From Octopus vulgaris (Eukaryota), in the NCBI GenBank assembly GCA_951406725.2, contig OX597822.1:97154001-97218000 (forward strand): 64,000 bases of DNA. Reading direction: 5' to 3'. Each line of letters starts with the position of its first letter. The first letter of the stretch is position 1. Below, piece by piece: positions 24,291 to 38,444 of the stretch. A program made the position numbers and the translations under genes. The notes under the pieces are model-generated. The model was given only the letters and a program-made list of their open reading frames with translations. It did no database searches and had not been told where the DNA came from.

Positions 24291-24911
24291 AAGAATATAA
24301 TAGTTGTAAGTAAAAACAACTGTAACAAGAACCTAAATTTTTCATAATAAAGGTCACAGTTCTTCATAGGCTTGGTTCTTCGACAGTGCTAAAAGACCTA
24401 ATGGTCACTACATCTGGCGGTTTTTCTACAGACCTGAAGTATTCTCAACATTTTTTTTATTCTTCAATTGGTAATTGGAACAGTGACCACACTGGAACAC
24501 CAAGTGTACAGGCTTGGTCATCCTCATTGATTTCAGTACCTACTTCAGCCTAGTATTTATTTTATCAAACCGCTAAGGGACATAAACAACATCACCAGTT
24601 TTTAACTAATATAATCACACACAACAGACATTTGCACAGTTTCTGTCCACAAAATTCAGCTCAAAATGCATTAGTCAACACAAAGCTATAGTGTAAGACA
24701 GTTGCCCTGTGTCATGAAATGAAACCCCGAAACCACACAAACAACATGCCATAAATGTTCACTTTTTATATATGTTGAGATGGCTGAGACAGGTCATCAT
24801 GGACTGTGTCAACCCTTATTCACAGTTTGTGTTCTTAGATATATTGCACTCATACATTCTGTTCATGACACAATTTCCACTGTTGGATGCCCTTTATATG
24901 TACAGGGTGTA

Positions 24912-25481
24912 TTATTATTATTATTGAGTGAGAGAGCAGTTCATGCCATCAAAGTGACACTGGGGTAAAATATACAAAGCCCAATATACCCATCATGACT
25001 ACCCGTCTGATAAGGGTACACCAGGCACATGCATCACAACCATATGTGCGCAATATTGTGATCTCATATCAAGATAAACAGCACATGACCTTGCAGGTGG
25101 GGCCCAGTTAGAATTTTCTTCAGGTTGAGTAGCCCATCCCACTCAAAAGGTCCCTGAATAAGGGTTGTTTAGGGATATTGAAAGAACCACCCATGTTTCC
25201 AGAGGTGAACTATTCAAACCCCAAAGAATCCCTCTCAACACATGGCTATGATGCTCCCCCACTACTTCTGCTCGTGATCAGAGATGCACATATCGTCAGC
25301 CACTAAGGGACATGCTCAACTGGTTAAGGTCAAACAACTGACAAGCAAATCTGTGGTATTGAGCAGAATATTTGCTGTAGCCCATCTTTTATACCAAGAC
25401 AAAACAATGTACATGATAACACTTCCAATCAGTTAAGATCAGAAGCCATGAGAGCCACTGCCTGGTACTGCATTATTATTA
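24912..25481 (-). mobile_element. Interspersed element embedded in (TTA)n, likely a non-LTR retroposon with a (TAA)n tail
   Basis: About 550 bp of higher-complexity sequence bracketed by TTATTATTA on both sides. Single copy in the window, so the class is inferred. Confidence 0.45.
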
Positions 25482-26206
25482 TCATGGCACTGACATGAGG
25501 ATGGGTGTGGGCTGTCTTCAAAAAGACTACAGAATCCTTTCAATCCTACGTTGTTTTGATTCATCTACAGACCATTTGTAAGTAAACGTTTTACTCATAT
25601 CAAAATATTTTTTACACAGTCTCATACTAATAAAACATTTTGTTCAGAATCTACTTTATTAATGCCAACTGCCTATCCTTAGTATTTACTCTCAGCATGT
25701 GTATATTTTTCACACAAAATTAAACACTACCAAGAAAACTGATAGCCACATGCTCTCAACAAAAAATACCTTGTGGTATTTGTTTTGGCAGAGTTAGACA
25801 TTTCCTTGTCACTTTCATCAAGGTAACAGCATTAAACCAATGATTCAAGCATTGGCAACCAACACAATCACTATTGTTAAGAAAATGCACAATACAAAAT
25901 AAATGACCTTCATCCCTACTATCACCACAAAGACTACAGCTAGGTACACCAATGTCAGATAAAACTCATAATATCTGCAAACAATTTCACTAATAACTAA
26001 ATAAAGTACTGATTTCTATGGAGAGAAATAATGACAGAGTGAATTAAATTCAGCATATAACCAATACTCTGACAGCAGAAGAATGAAATGCATCATTAAT
26101 CAGAGTGGGATTTGATCTGAGAATGCTATGGGATGATTATAAAGCGCTATAAAATATTCCACTGCCTCTATCATTCACCATTTATCTTTATTTATTAATG
26201 GATGGA

Positions 26207-26575
26207 TGGAAGCACTCCGTCAGTTATGATGATGAGAATTCCGGTTGATCCGAATCAACGAAACAGCCTGCTCGTGAAATTAACGTGTAAGTGGCTGAGC
26301 ACTCCACAGACACGTGTACCCTTAACGTAGTTCTCGGGGATATTCAGTGTGACACAGAGAGTGACAAGGCCGGCCCTTTGAAATACAGGTACAACAGAAA
26401 CAGGAAGTAAGAGTGAGAGAAAGTTGTGGTGAAAGAGTACAGTAGGGATCACCACCATCCCCTGCGGAGCCTCATGGAGCTTTAGGTGTTTTCACTCAAT
26501 AAACACTCACAACGCCCGGTCTGGGAATCGAAACCGCGAGTCCGCTGCCCTAACCACTGGGCCATTGCGCCTCCA
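26207..26575 (-). mobile_element. SINE family A
   Basis: Same sequence as 231-613 with a small deletion in the head. Confidence 0.88.
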
Positions 26576-26708
26576 TTTATTAAAACCAATATTACAGTTT
26601 TAGTATTTTTCATTACAACCACTTACTGTGATAATCTGAAGCTACTGAGTTTAATGCCTGAATACAAAGACAAGAAGGACATGCTTCATGTCTCTGACAG
26701 ATGACTAA

Positions 26709-27109
26709 TCTTTATATATAAAATTGGATGAATTAATTGAATAATTATATCCTTTTTACTTGCTAGATCTGGCAGAAAGGGCAGTGCCCATGGCTTTTAC
26801 AGGCCATGCTTGATACCATTAATATTGTTCTTAAAACCATTGGAATACAACAGCAGCAGGAATCAAGAGCAAGGAGATAATTCCAGAGGACTGACATTCT
26901 GGAAAGGAAAATCTGGGAGAAATGATTAGTGCAAAACCTGGTGGCAGGAGACACAAAGATAATGAGAAGGAGAAATGAAATGGTCAAGGATGCCCGAGGA
27001 GGGCAGATTGCTCTGAGGAGCGGTGGTTGTTAGAGTAGCAATAGGAAAGGCAGAGAGCAAAGAAGAGAAATAGCATATTTGTGGGCCAAAGGCAACTTTA
27101 TGAAACTAG
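26709..27109 (+). mobile_element. Non-autonomous Helitron-like element (about 400 bp)
   Basis: A^TCTTTATATATAAAA 5' end and ...CTAG^T 3' end. The first 240 bp or so recur at 44717-44961. Confidence 0.6.
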
Positions 27110-28276
27110 TATAAAATATATTTCACTTGTTATAGATGTAATAACACCAAATACAATCTGTATTATTTTTAACAATACTCAATGGTATTTTTTTTTTTTT
27201 TATTTAGGAAAAGAAAATTTTTAGTAAGGGGGAGAAAGTAATAAAATATAGCTAATTATTTCTTATATAGAACTCTTTTCAATAAAGTTATTGATTGAAT
27301 GTAGAGTCACTCATCAAATTTCCATACTAATCAAATATTAATCATCATCATAATATTTTTGCTCTAATATTTTTGTTTTCTATGCTGACATAGGTCTGCA
27401 TACAACACATGAATACCATTCACATATTTGATCCACTACTTTTGTTTAGTGTCTTCTAGGCTCTAACATAAGTCCCTGCAACTTTCTACCATCAACACAT
27501 GCTACATTTTTATTTATTATTATTATTATTCAAAATACATTAACCACTTGCCTTCTCTCAAGAGTCACTCTTACACTCATCTACTTTGTATATATCAACC
27601 AACAGCTCTGATATGCACTCACTTTCCTAACTCACTCTTTTCCTGGTTTCAGCTACTAGACTACAGCTGTAGTAGGGCACTGCCTTGAATTCCGTAAGTC
27701 AATCACAATCAACCCCAGTATTTATTCTTTTGTTAAAAAGAGATTTCCCCAAATTTAGTTTGTACAGAACTTGCTTAAGTACTATCTTCATTAGCAAAGA
27801 CTGCTTCATGACAGCACACACCTTACTTTTCATGCACACACACACACAACCCTTTTTTTTGAACAAGCCAACAAAGGAGTTTCAGTGTGGTCATCCAACC
27901 TGCCAAATCACCTTCAAATGACTTGGTACTATCCCAAAGAAGGAAAGGACACATTGGATAACATACCCGGAGAAAGGGGAGATTGTCATAGCTGGAATAC
28001 CTTTGATCACAGATTTGTTTGCTAGGGCTGACTGGGGAGCTAAACAACACTTCACTAAGTTTGAATTTCCTCCCTCCATTTTACATTATAGTCCCTTATA
28101 AAGACCTACACACTTATCTCTAATTATATGTCTAACGAAACCAGAAACCCAATAATGCAACAATCATGCTTGATGTAAAACTCACCTCTTTATCACCACA
28201 AAAACAAGAAGTTTGTATGAAGTGAACCAGGGGCAGTTTCAGACAGATCAGTTAAAAAAAAAGGGGGGGGGGGGAC

Positions 28277-28501
28277 TTAACCCTTTAGTGTTCAGATTAT
28301 TCTATCAAACAATGCTTATTGATTCCCATTGATTTGAATTAATCATGCTTTATCTCATATCTTCAAGATCTTGATGGTGTAATTACTTCATGTAGAATAA
28401 CATTGTAGGGTAGGTGTGAGGGCCTGGATCTGGTCAGTTTGAACATAAAACAGATTAAATATTTTGGTCGAATATGGCCGGTTTAAATACTAAAGGGTTA
28501 A
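28277..28501. mobile_element. piggyBac-like MITE
   Basis: Near-identical to 7845-8071, with TTAA ends. Confidence 0.85.
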
Positions 28502-29865
28502 ACAAAAAAACCCTCTCTGGTATAACTAAATTTACAACAACTGTGTACTCACAGATTTCAACCACAACATCAAGTTCTGATATTTCTGTAGAGTTATGGA
28601 TTCTTTCATGCCATTGGCCCCAGAAGGTTCTTCTTACCAATACAGATCAATAAAAACAGATCGAGGCAGAAATCAAGCAAATCTTACAAACTACACGCAG
28701 TAATGCAAGCCACCAGCACAAAAGTAGTTGGCAGGCTGAATACAGTTTTATGGTGAATACGGGAATGTATTTTGGAAGAAAACCAAGAAGTAAACAAGCA
28801 CAAATTATTGTTAAGGGAGGAAAACACACTTTCTCTCCAACCTCCCATACTCCTCATCCTATACCCTGGTCATGATACATAAAAAAAATTTTTTTTAAAT
28901 GCCAAGGAGATGGAATATGGAAAGTTCATATTCAATTAAAAATCTACTGTAGATCATAATTTTGCTCTCTTACAGTAAAGCGTTCCTACCAAAATAATTA
29001 TGCACCTGTTCAATTCCACTGACCCTCAATACCTCTACCCAAACTCAATTTTTCTAACCTCATTACTATTTTGAGAGCCACATGTGAATCCTCTACCACA
29101 TTGCCAATGATACATACGAGAGCTATGTGTGACTCAAATGCCATGTATCTCAAGTCTTCATCAGGCATGCTTCCTTTAAAAACAGAAAAACAAAAGGAAA
29201 TCCATATATTACTTTTAGTTTTAATTACATAGGGGAGAAAAAAACATGGCAAGTAAATTCATCCTAATTGCTTTGGACATTAAAGTGGTTGATTAACATC
29301 AATGAATATGCTGATAATTTAAAGCAAAATCAAGAAATATAATTCATCACTTTGATATTGTATTATAATATGGTTTACATTCTTAGACTTAAATCCTACA
29401 TTCAAGGTCTTCACAATTGGATGGTCCATAATGGTATCCTAAAAGCATGAAAGGTACAAGATCTATTAACACTTATGTTAATTACTTCTGTTGACATACA
29501 TAGCTTTTGTTTCAATTAATTTTGAAATTTGGTAAGGTAATTCATTATTAAGCTGAACATAAATTAACAAGAAATTTGATAGGTTTTAATTTAGATAATT
29601 TTAACACAAGAAGCTTATATCATAGAACCATCAGTGATCACAAGTGGGTTAGCATTAAAAGAGTTAAGACAGACACAAATCAGAAGTTGGGAACAAGAAA
29701 CAATGTCAACAGAATGCTACTGCTTGAATTCCTAGAGTCCCCTATTCCAAGTTACTAGTTGATAACAAGTAGTTTCTGGTGAGACCAGCTATTGTAACAA
29801 CAGTGAATAAAAATCAAAGAGGAAACCTAGATATCTGATAAAGAGGTCATTGTTTTGTGGCCAGT

Positions 29866-30068
29866 TTAACCCATTAATGTATAGTGTCCAGATATGGAGG
29901 CAACTTGTGTGTGTAGTTGGTTTGTTTGCACACAGCACCTGCTCACTCATAGAGCAACAGTTTAGAGACAGACTATACCAAAAATAAGCTCATTAGGTAG
30001 TTTACTTAACAAACAAGAATAATTTTTCCTGCGTTCATTTTTCTGGACGCTATGCATTAATGGGTTAA
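29866..30068. mobile_element. piggyBac-like MITE, third family
   Basis: TTAA-CCCATTAATGTATAGTGTCCAGA ... TCTGGACGCTATGCATTAATGGG-TTAA. Confidence 0.8.
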
Positions 30069-30720
30069 TATTACTTGTTCTGATTTCTAAAGGACAATAT
30101 CAAAAATCTTGTAAACAAGAATAGAAGTTCTTAAGGCAAAATTGAAGATTTCATGATTAAGAATTTACAAAGCAATTTGGTAAATGGTTTTATATCTTTT
30201 GTTCCTGTCATATTTCTTTCAATCTTTAACAAACTAAGCATTATTTCATTCATTAAGTGCTCGAAAATCAATAACAATATTTCACTCATTAATCAAACTC
30301 AAAAATCAATAGCACAGTACATCCTATAAAGAAACTTTATCAAGACAAAAACTGCAATATCTTGTTTGTAAATAGTGTGTATACATTAAGTATGATACCT
30401 GGGTGGCTATATCAATTTAATACTGCTCCTATTGCATACACTGCATTATTTATTCAGCCTAGTGGCTACTTGCAACATCAATGCATGTATTTATTCACTG
30501 TTTCATACATCAGAGAAAACAAATTTCATCTAAGCATGAGGTTGGCTGTGAGTACACATTGAAGAGGTCCAAAAAGGCCAAAATGCATCTGGTATTCTCA
30601 CAAGCTGCTGCTCGTGCAATTTTCCATCTTCCTACAATACATATGGTTTATATTTAAAACAATACATCTACAAGAGATTTTATTGGATGAAAACCACAGT
30701 ATCTTGCCGGTTAATGTCTC

Positions 30721-31105
30721 TCTTTCTTTACTCTCTTTTACTTGTTTCAGTCATTTGACTGCGGCCATGCTGGAGCACTGCCTTTAGTCGAGCAAATCGA
30801 CCCCGGGACTTATTCTTTGTAAGCCCAGTACTTATTCTATCGGTCTCTTTTGCCGAACTGCTAGATTACAGGGACGTAAACACGCCAGCATCGGTTGTCA
30901 AGCAACGCTAGGGGGACAAACACAGACGCACAAACACATACACACACATACATATATATATATTCATATATATGACGGGCTTCTTTCAGTTTCCGTCTAC
31001 CAAATCCACTCACAAGGCATTGGTCGGCCCAGGGCTATAGCAGAAGACACTTGCCCAAGGTGCCATGTGGTTGGTTAGCAAGCTACTTACCACACAGCCA
31101 CTCCT
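30721..31105 (-). mobile_element. SINE family C
   Basis: Near full length, with a deletion in the head. Confidence 0.88.
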
Positions 31106-32269
31106 AATGGTGTATGTATGTTGAGCATGGTACATAGATGGCTATCTTAATGTATATGTATATATACACAAGCTTCAGCTACCATAGATTGACTAGAAGA
31201 TAACCTGATAGTACCCAATAGTGTCAACTAGTTACCAATATAGAACAGAAAAATGAATATGAAAATATAAAAATGTTATTGACAGTATTTAGAATGTCGG
31301 TTTTAGTGGGTTGGTGATGACTCATAGCTAAAAAAGAATGCTTATAATAAAGAAAAGTGACCTGAAATACTGATATTACTTATTAATAACTAAAAAGACG
31401 ACGACAGAATTTACTAAAAACAAAGGCTACCTGCTAGATTCATAGCTCATCAGCACCTGTCTAACAACAACATATGATCATTTTCACTAGATTCAAGAAT
31501 ACTCAAGCATTTTCTTATCAACGCCGTTACTATTCCTATAGATACTACTATTAAAGTGCTGGTTTTTGATTTTTTTTTTCCTTTCCGTAAGCGGAAAAAA
31601 AAAGCCAACAACAAACACATTATCACTTATGAATTAACCAAATAGATTAGTTATTTATTAAGATCTGAGAACAAAAAATGGTGCAGTCCAACAAAAAAAG
31701 ACAGATTAGAATGAGAACAGTGAAGAATGAAAACAATGAAGAGAGTTGTTTGGTGAAAATAGAACAGAGGGAGACACAAAACATCCATTATTCATAAGTT
31801 TTACAATATAAGAATCGAATATCAACACAAAAAAAAAAGTCTGCAAAACAAAAGGAAAGCCTTATAGCTGCATGGTTAAAAACTTTGCTTCCCAACCAGA
31901 AATTTGTGGATTCAGTTCCACTGCACGTGTTTCTTCTAGAGCCATGGCTTGATCAAAAGCCTCGTAAGTAAATTTGGTAGATAGAAACAAAGAAACTCAT
32001 TGTATGTGCATATATATATGCAGGTCTGTGTGTTTGTTTACAACTATGCTAAATGACAGCAGTGGATTACAAGTGGTAACGTAGTCGCTCATCCCGTCAA
32101 TAAATTGTTTGCTTGCTTGGCACCTTTGAAGACATGTAAAATAAATCTTTCACTTGAAAAACAAGGATCATCAAGGATTAAAGCATCTAGCTTTAAAAGA
32201 TTGTCCTCAATATATTCATGTAGCCCCATGTTAGCATAGAAAAACATGTAATAACCAATGGAAATAAAA

Positions 32270-32310
<41 letters not shown>

Positions 32311-32546
32311 AATTAAAATGGAGGACAAGAGATGGAACGAACCCGACGCTTGAGTCTAACTAGTGACAGCTGATGACCGGGGACTTTTCCTTATTTTCTT
32401 GTTATAATTTTATGTTTTTCCTGTTACTACGTCCTGTTGTGGTGTCCTGTACTCACGTATATTTATTTATATATGCATGTATATATACATGTAGATGTAG
32501 GTACGTACATATATGTTTGTATGTATGCACATATTTTAATTATTAC

Positions 32547-32593
<47 letters not shown>

Positions 32594-33545
32594 GTATATA
32601 TATATCAAACACCATTTGATAGATGATGGTTTACATTTGTAGCTAAATCAGTTTAATAAATGGATACCAAATAAAGATCTGAAGAATAAACTAGAACATC
32701 ATAGAGAGAGAGAAGACAGACAAGTTAAAAAAAGAGTTTAGTTAAAAATGTGATCTTTCCTTTCTGGTAATTCTAAAATGAGAAAGAAAAAGGGAAAATG
32801 CCTTGTCATTGCATTTATTTCAAAAGATCTCAGGAAAATATTCGACAGTTGGGTCAATAGGGTCCTGGAAGACAGAGACAAACAGAATGAAGTGAATAAG
32901 GACAAATCATGATTAAATATAACTAGGGTGTGGGTACAAAAACTGATAAGATATAAACTTATCTTTTTTTTACTTCCTGAATAGAACAAGACATGAGAAG
33001 GAATGTCTGTATTTTTATATTTATCTCAGTCACTTCAGTATATGATAATGGGTGCCAAACAGAAATATAGCTAATGTAGCTTTGCTTGCCCAAGCATACA
33101 ACACCATGTCTAAAAAATATTCCGTAAGTTTAAGTTTCGTAAGGGTCACTACTTTAAAGTACACAGCTATAACTCATCAGTTAACCAGCTGTGTCTATCA
33201 GGAAGCTATTAAGTACCCTGACCAAATCTGCGGATAGGATTTCAGTGTCTGGTCCAGGATGTCCTCACAACCCTCCAGCTGACAGGACATTGTAATTCCT
33301 GTTCTATCAGATAAACTCAAAATTGATTAGCCCAGTAGTGCTCCCACCATCAACCTATCTAGCAATAGACAATTATTTGTAAATCAGGACAAGTGAGGTG
33401 CAGGTTGTTAATAAGATTCATGAACAGACCATGGTAACAGATTGGCAACAACACAAATTTAACAACAGTGAGATACAAAATAACTGCCCCCAGTCAGTTC
33501 TCTCTCCAAAATCATTGTATTACTTTAAAAATTAAAATTAACAAA

Positions 33546-33941
33546 TCATCATCATCGATTAACGTCCGTTTTCCGCGCTAGCACGGGTTGGACGGTTCGA
33601 CCGGGGTCTGGGAAGCCAGGGGCTGCACCAGGCTCCAGTCTGATCTGGCAGAGTTTCTACAGCTGGATGCCCTTCCTAACGCCAACCACTCCGCGATTGT
33701 AGTGGGTGCCTTTTACGTGCCACCTGCACAGGTGCCAGGGGGGTCCGGCATCGGCCACGATCGGTTGGAGCTTTTAACGTGCCACCGGCACGGAAGCCAG
33801 CCAAGGCGGCGCTGGCAACGGCCACATTCGGATGGTGCTCTTTATGTGCCACCGGCACAGAAGTCAGTCGGGGCGGAGCTGGCATCGGCCACGTTCGGAT
33901 GGTGCTTTTTGTGCTACCGGCACAGAAGCCAGTCGAGGCGC
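33546..33941 (-). mobile_element. SINE-like family B with 4 monomers
   Basis: Core, tail and monomers. Confidence 0.88.
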
Positions 33942-34389
33942 AGGTAATTTTTCTCAGTTTTCTAATAGTAATTCACTTTAATTCAGAATTACAATTGAAT
34001 AAACCCCCAAATCCAAGTTCTAGTTCAAAAGCATATTAGGAATCATTTCTGAAGTTAAATATTTAATTATTTTCACATCCATTTTCTTTTTTTTTCACTA
34101 CAATGAGTTAGACAAGACTTTATTGTAATGGATTTTCTAAATGAAACCATAATTGTCTTTCAAGTTAGTTTATTTTTCCATTCCACCAGTCTACTAAACT
34201 ACATAGCTCTGGTTCACTGAAGAAAATAAATAATGTCACTATTTTGTTGCTCAGATGGTCCTAAATGATGAAATGCTGAAGTAACATTTACGTAGGCATG
34301 CATGCACACATGTGCAATATGAAAGGCTTCCTTGCAATTTGTCAACTAAATGCATGCATATGGCATTGGTTGGCTATAATAGGAAACAT

Positions 34390-34612
34390 AAGGCGGCGAG
34401 CTGGCAGAAACGTTAGCATGCCGGGCGAAATGCTTTGCGGTATTTCGTCTGCCGTTACGTTCAGAGTTCAAATTCCGCCGAGGTCGACTTTGCCTTTCAT
34501 CCTTTCGGGGTTGATAAATAAAGTACCAGTTACGCACTGGGGTCGATATAATCGGCTTAATCCCCTTGTTTGTCCCCTCTATGTTTAGCCCCTTGTGGGT
34601 AGTAAAGAAATA
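34390..34612 (+). mobile_element. SINE family D
   Basis: TSD TATAATAGGAAACAT at 34375-34389 and 34613-34627. Confidence 0.9.
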
Positions 34613-35265
34613 TATAATAGGAAACATTTGGCCATGGTACCAAAGAGGGGACTGAATGAGAAACCCCTTGACTACAGAGCAAACTTCTTCACAAGACAGA
34701 CATGCCAGTGCCTAATCTAACTAAAGAACAGGCACCAGGTTTTGAGGCCAGTTACTTCAAATAGTGTCCTATTCACTCAGATTTTTAAAAATAAAGAAGA
34801 GGAGGAGCTAAAGGAAACTTGACAATGTACATAGTAAAAGTTACACATTGGAGGTCATGAGTTTGGATAACGTCACATGTCTTGAATATAAGTGGAATAT
34901 GACTGTCCTTGAGAAAATTTTTCTCATGCAAAAGGTCAGTTCCTGAAACAAACTATTTCTCTTTCAATGGTATACCAACTTACCCAAATGCCTAGTCCAT
35001 CAAAAATTTGTCATTTATCCACTAAGTAATCCAGAGACATTACTCCAAGTAGCAAATCTATAAAAATATTTGGTTTATCAAAATTTTATTTACTATTTAT
35101 CATATTCACTTTAGGTGTAGGTTTTTGTTTTGTGGTTAAGTTTACTTCCCAACCATATGGCATTTTGGACAGGAGTCTTCTACTAAAGACACTGGCCAAC
35201 CAAAGCCTTGTGAGGGGATTCGGTGGACAGAAACTGAAAGAAACACATGTATGTCTGTGTGTCTT

Positions 35266-35894
35266 CATCATCATCATCGTTTAACGTCCTCTTTCCATGC
35301 TAGCATGGGTTGGACGGTTCAACTGGGGATCTGGGAAGCCCGAAGGCTGCACCAGGCCAGTCAGATCTGGCAGTGTTTCTACAGCTGGATGCCCTTCCTA
35401 ACGCCAACCACTCCGTGAGTGTAGTGGGTGCTTTTTATGTGCCACCGACACAGGTGCCAGACGAGGCTGGCGAACGGCCACGCGCGGATGGTGTTTTTTA
35501 TGTGCCACCGACACAGGTGCCAGACGAGGCTGGCGAACGGCCACGCTCGGATGGTGTTTTTTATGTGCCACCGATACAGGTGCTAGACGAGGCTGGCGAA
35601 CGGCCACGCTCGGATGGTGTTTTTTATGTGCCACCGACACAGGTGCCAGACGAGGCTGGCGAACGGATACGCTCGGATGGTGTTTTTTATGTGCCACCGA
35701 CACAGGTGCTAGACGAGGCTGGCGAACAGCCACGCTCGGATGGTGTTTTTTATGTGCCACCGACACAGGTGCCAGACGAGGCTGGCGAACGGCCACGCTC
35801 GGATGGTGTTTTTTATGTGCCACCGACACAGGTGCCAGACGAGGCTGGCGAACGGCCACGCTCGGATGGTGTTTTTTTTATGTGCCACCGACAC
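35266..35894 (-). mobile_element. SINE-like family B with an expanded 63-bp tandem array (35428-35894)
   Basis: Seven full units plus a partial unit of TTTTATGTGCCACCGACACAGGTGCCAGACGAGGCTGGCGAACGGCCACGCTCGGATGGTGTT. Confidence 0.92.
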
Positions 35895-37534
35895 ATCTTA
35901 TCTTGAAATCATGTAACAGTTGTAAGTGATTGACACTGTCATACAGTCAGTGTCATTCGTTTCCAATATTCTATCAGAACATGCCTGGCCATGGTGAAAT
36001 ATTACCTTGCTCGAAAACACGTCAGGACTAGTGACAGCAAGGGCTGGTCATAGAAAATCTGCCTCAAGTTTCATCTAACTCTTGAAAGCATGCCAAAATA
36101 GATGTTAAGACAATGATTATGATGATCTGTTGTTTACATTTAAACAATGCTTGGCTCACAATGTGTAACTTTTACTGCAATAAGATTGTTCTGAGAATAT
36201 AGAATAATCTCAGTGAAACCGTAGACTAACAAAGTTCTCAGTGATGTAATTATCAGATATTAGCACTTAGTTTTGGCTGCCAAGCTTTATAAAACTGAAA
36301 CTTTGGCAAAACCATAAAATTCAATGAGGAAATTGGCTTGGGAAATAACATCAAAAAACTTCATAACGTTGTCATAGTATTGCTTTTTGTTAATCAGAGA
36401 ATTAGTCATAAGCAACAGAGAAGAGATACAATGACTTCAAAAGATGTGTAGTTAGGCAGCAGTTGGAAGAGCATCTATCAGTGAAAACATCTGCTACAAT
36501 GATCCATATACAAACATCACAAATATTGTCTCTTTTATCCTAATAGGAAATAATAGATGAATGAAAATAATACATAAAACATCTATGTAGCATTAAAAAC
36601 AAAGTAATTATCCAAGGGAAATGAAAAGAGAAACAGTTTTGTAACAGCAAATACGAAACCCAATGACAGACCAGGTGATAATTACATACCACAATAATTA
36701 TACACACACAATTCCATTTAACATCCATTTGTCCATGCCAGCAAAGGTTTGGATGAGAACTGAGGTGAGATGCTCTTACTCTCACCAACCCTTACCTGTT
36801 TTGCAAATAAACAATTTCTTTTATTCTACAGGTCTTAAAAATACACAGTGACCACTCAACAAGAAATGTAGACATCGTCACCACTCAAATGGTGACAAGC
36901 AAAACATGAACATTCAAACACGCATGCACACATTAAGGACTCCCAGAAGGTTCCGCCAACTAAATTCAATCACAAAACTTTTGTTGGCCCAGGGCTATAA
37001 CAGAAGAAACTTAAGGTGCCACAAAACAGGACTGAACCTGAAACTATGTAACTGTGAAGCAAACTTCTTAACAACAGCTATATCTGTGCCTTTCCATAAA
37101 AAATAAATAAAAGACTAAATATAACGAATTATATGGGAAGCAAATGAGATACTTCTAGAAACTGAACAGTCCTTAATTGAATAGTAAAATATTTATATAT
37201 GTGATTTTTCACTATCTCTGAAGAAACCATCCGTAGTGACTTCAATGTTAACAACTCTTGGGTATCACACGCTTTCCACACTGACACTGCTGGTAAAGAA
37301 ATCAATTATTCCACAATCCTTCATTCCCTACAACTGTTAGTTTCACCCCCAACTAACAATGACACCCCTAAAACCATTCATCTCTTACCTCCAAACTTAA
37401 CCTCTATCTCTCACGCTGACTTGTTCCCAACCACAAATACACCCACACAGTATATAACCTCAATGTGCTTTTAAATCTGCTAATTGATCAGAACTCTACC
37501 CATTCTATACCAGTGCATGTTTTACTCCTGATAC

Positions 37535-38171
37535 CAGGGCTGTGGAGTTAGAGTCATGGAGTCGGAGTCAAAGTCAGAAACAATTAAGAAGGAGTCGGAG
37601 TTGATAAAACTATACCAACTCACAATATCTTTATTCTTTAATTTGGAAGCACTGCGTCGGTTACGACGATGAGGGTTCCGGTTGATCCGAATCAACGGAA
37701 CAGCCTGCTCGTGAAATTAACGTGTAAGTGGCTGAGCACTCCACAGACACGTGTACCCTTAACGTAGTTCTCGGGGATATTCAGCGTGACACAGAGAGTG
37801 ACAAGGCCGGCCCTTTGAAATACAGGTACAACAGAAACAGGAAGTAAGAGTGTGAGAAAGTTGTGGTGAAAGAGTACAGCAGGGATCACCACCATCCCCT
37901 GTCGGAGCCTCGTGGAGCTTTAGGTGTTTTCGCTCAATAAACACTCACAACGCCCGGTCTGGGAATCGAAACCGCGATCCTATGACCGCGAGTCCGCTGC
38001 CCTAACCACTGGGCCATTGCGCCTCCACTATTTTTTAATATAAACCAGTTATAACATAAAGGCCTACTCAAAGTACAAGTGTATGCATATGTTTTATGAG
38101 ATATGTAGACAACAATCAATTACATAAAAAGGAGTTGGAGTTGAAGTTTTTTGTTTCGACTCACAGCCCTA
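37535..38171. mobile_element. hAT-type MITE with GGAGTC subrepeats
   Basis: CAGGGCTGTGGAGT ... GACTCACAGCCCTA ends. 8-bp TSD CCTGATAC / CCTGAGAC. Confidence 0.75.
37644..38027 (-). mobile_element. SINE family A inserted in a hAT MITE
   Basis: Full-length copy of family A. Confidence 0.88.
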
Positions 38172-38444
38172 CCTGAGACATCAGTTAAATAGGTGACTGA
38201 AAGCTTCTTTTGAATTATGTTCCTCCACATCCTAAGTGGGTCATTCAGAAGTAACACTACAGCAGTTCAGGTTAATGATACAGTCTACACTGCTTAGAAA
38301 TAAATCATCTGCTCCTACAACTGTCTTTTACCCATCACCACACAGCAAAATCTGTCTTTGTATATTGCATGTTCCACAAGCTTTCTTGCCTCCCAAACTA
38401 CAACTAATCTTTACCAACTTTGTGGCATGCCCTACTTTTCATTT

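Noticed and set aside
29118-29173. 56-nt minus-strand exon candidate (AAG acceptor, GTATGT donor)
   Set aside because: Splice sites are modest, frame 0 has a stop, and the peptide is not recognisable.
33135-33195. Minus-strand CTGATGAG...CGAAAC hammerhead-like core
   Set aside because: No convincing helix I, II or III could be formed around it.
35310-35906. 198-aa repetitive ORF
   Set aside because: It is the translation of a 63-bp SINE-derived tandem array on the antisense strand.
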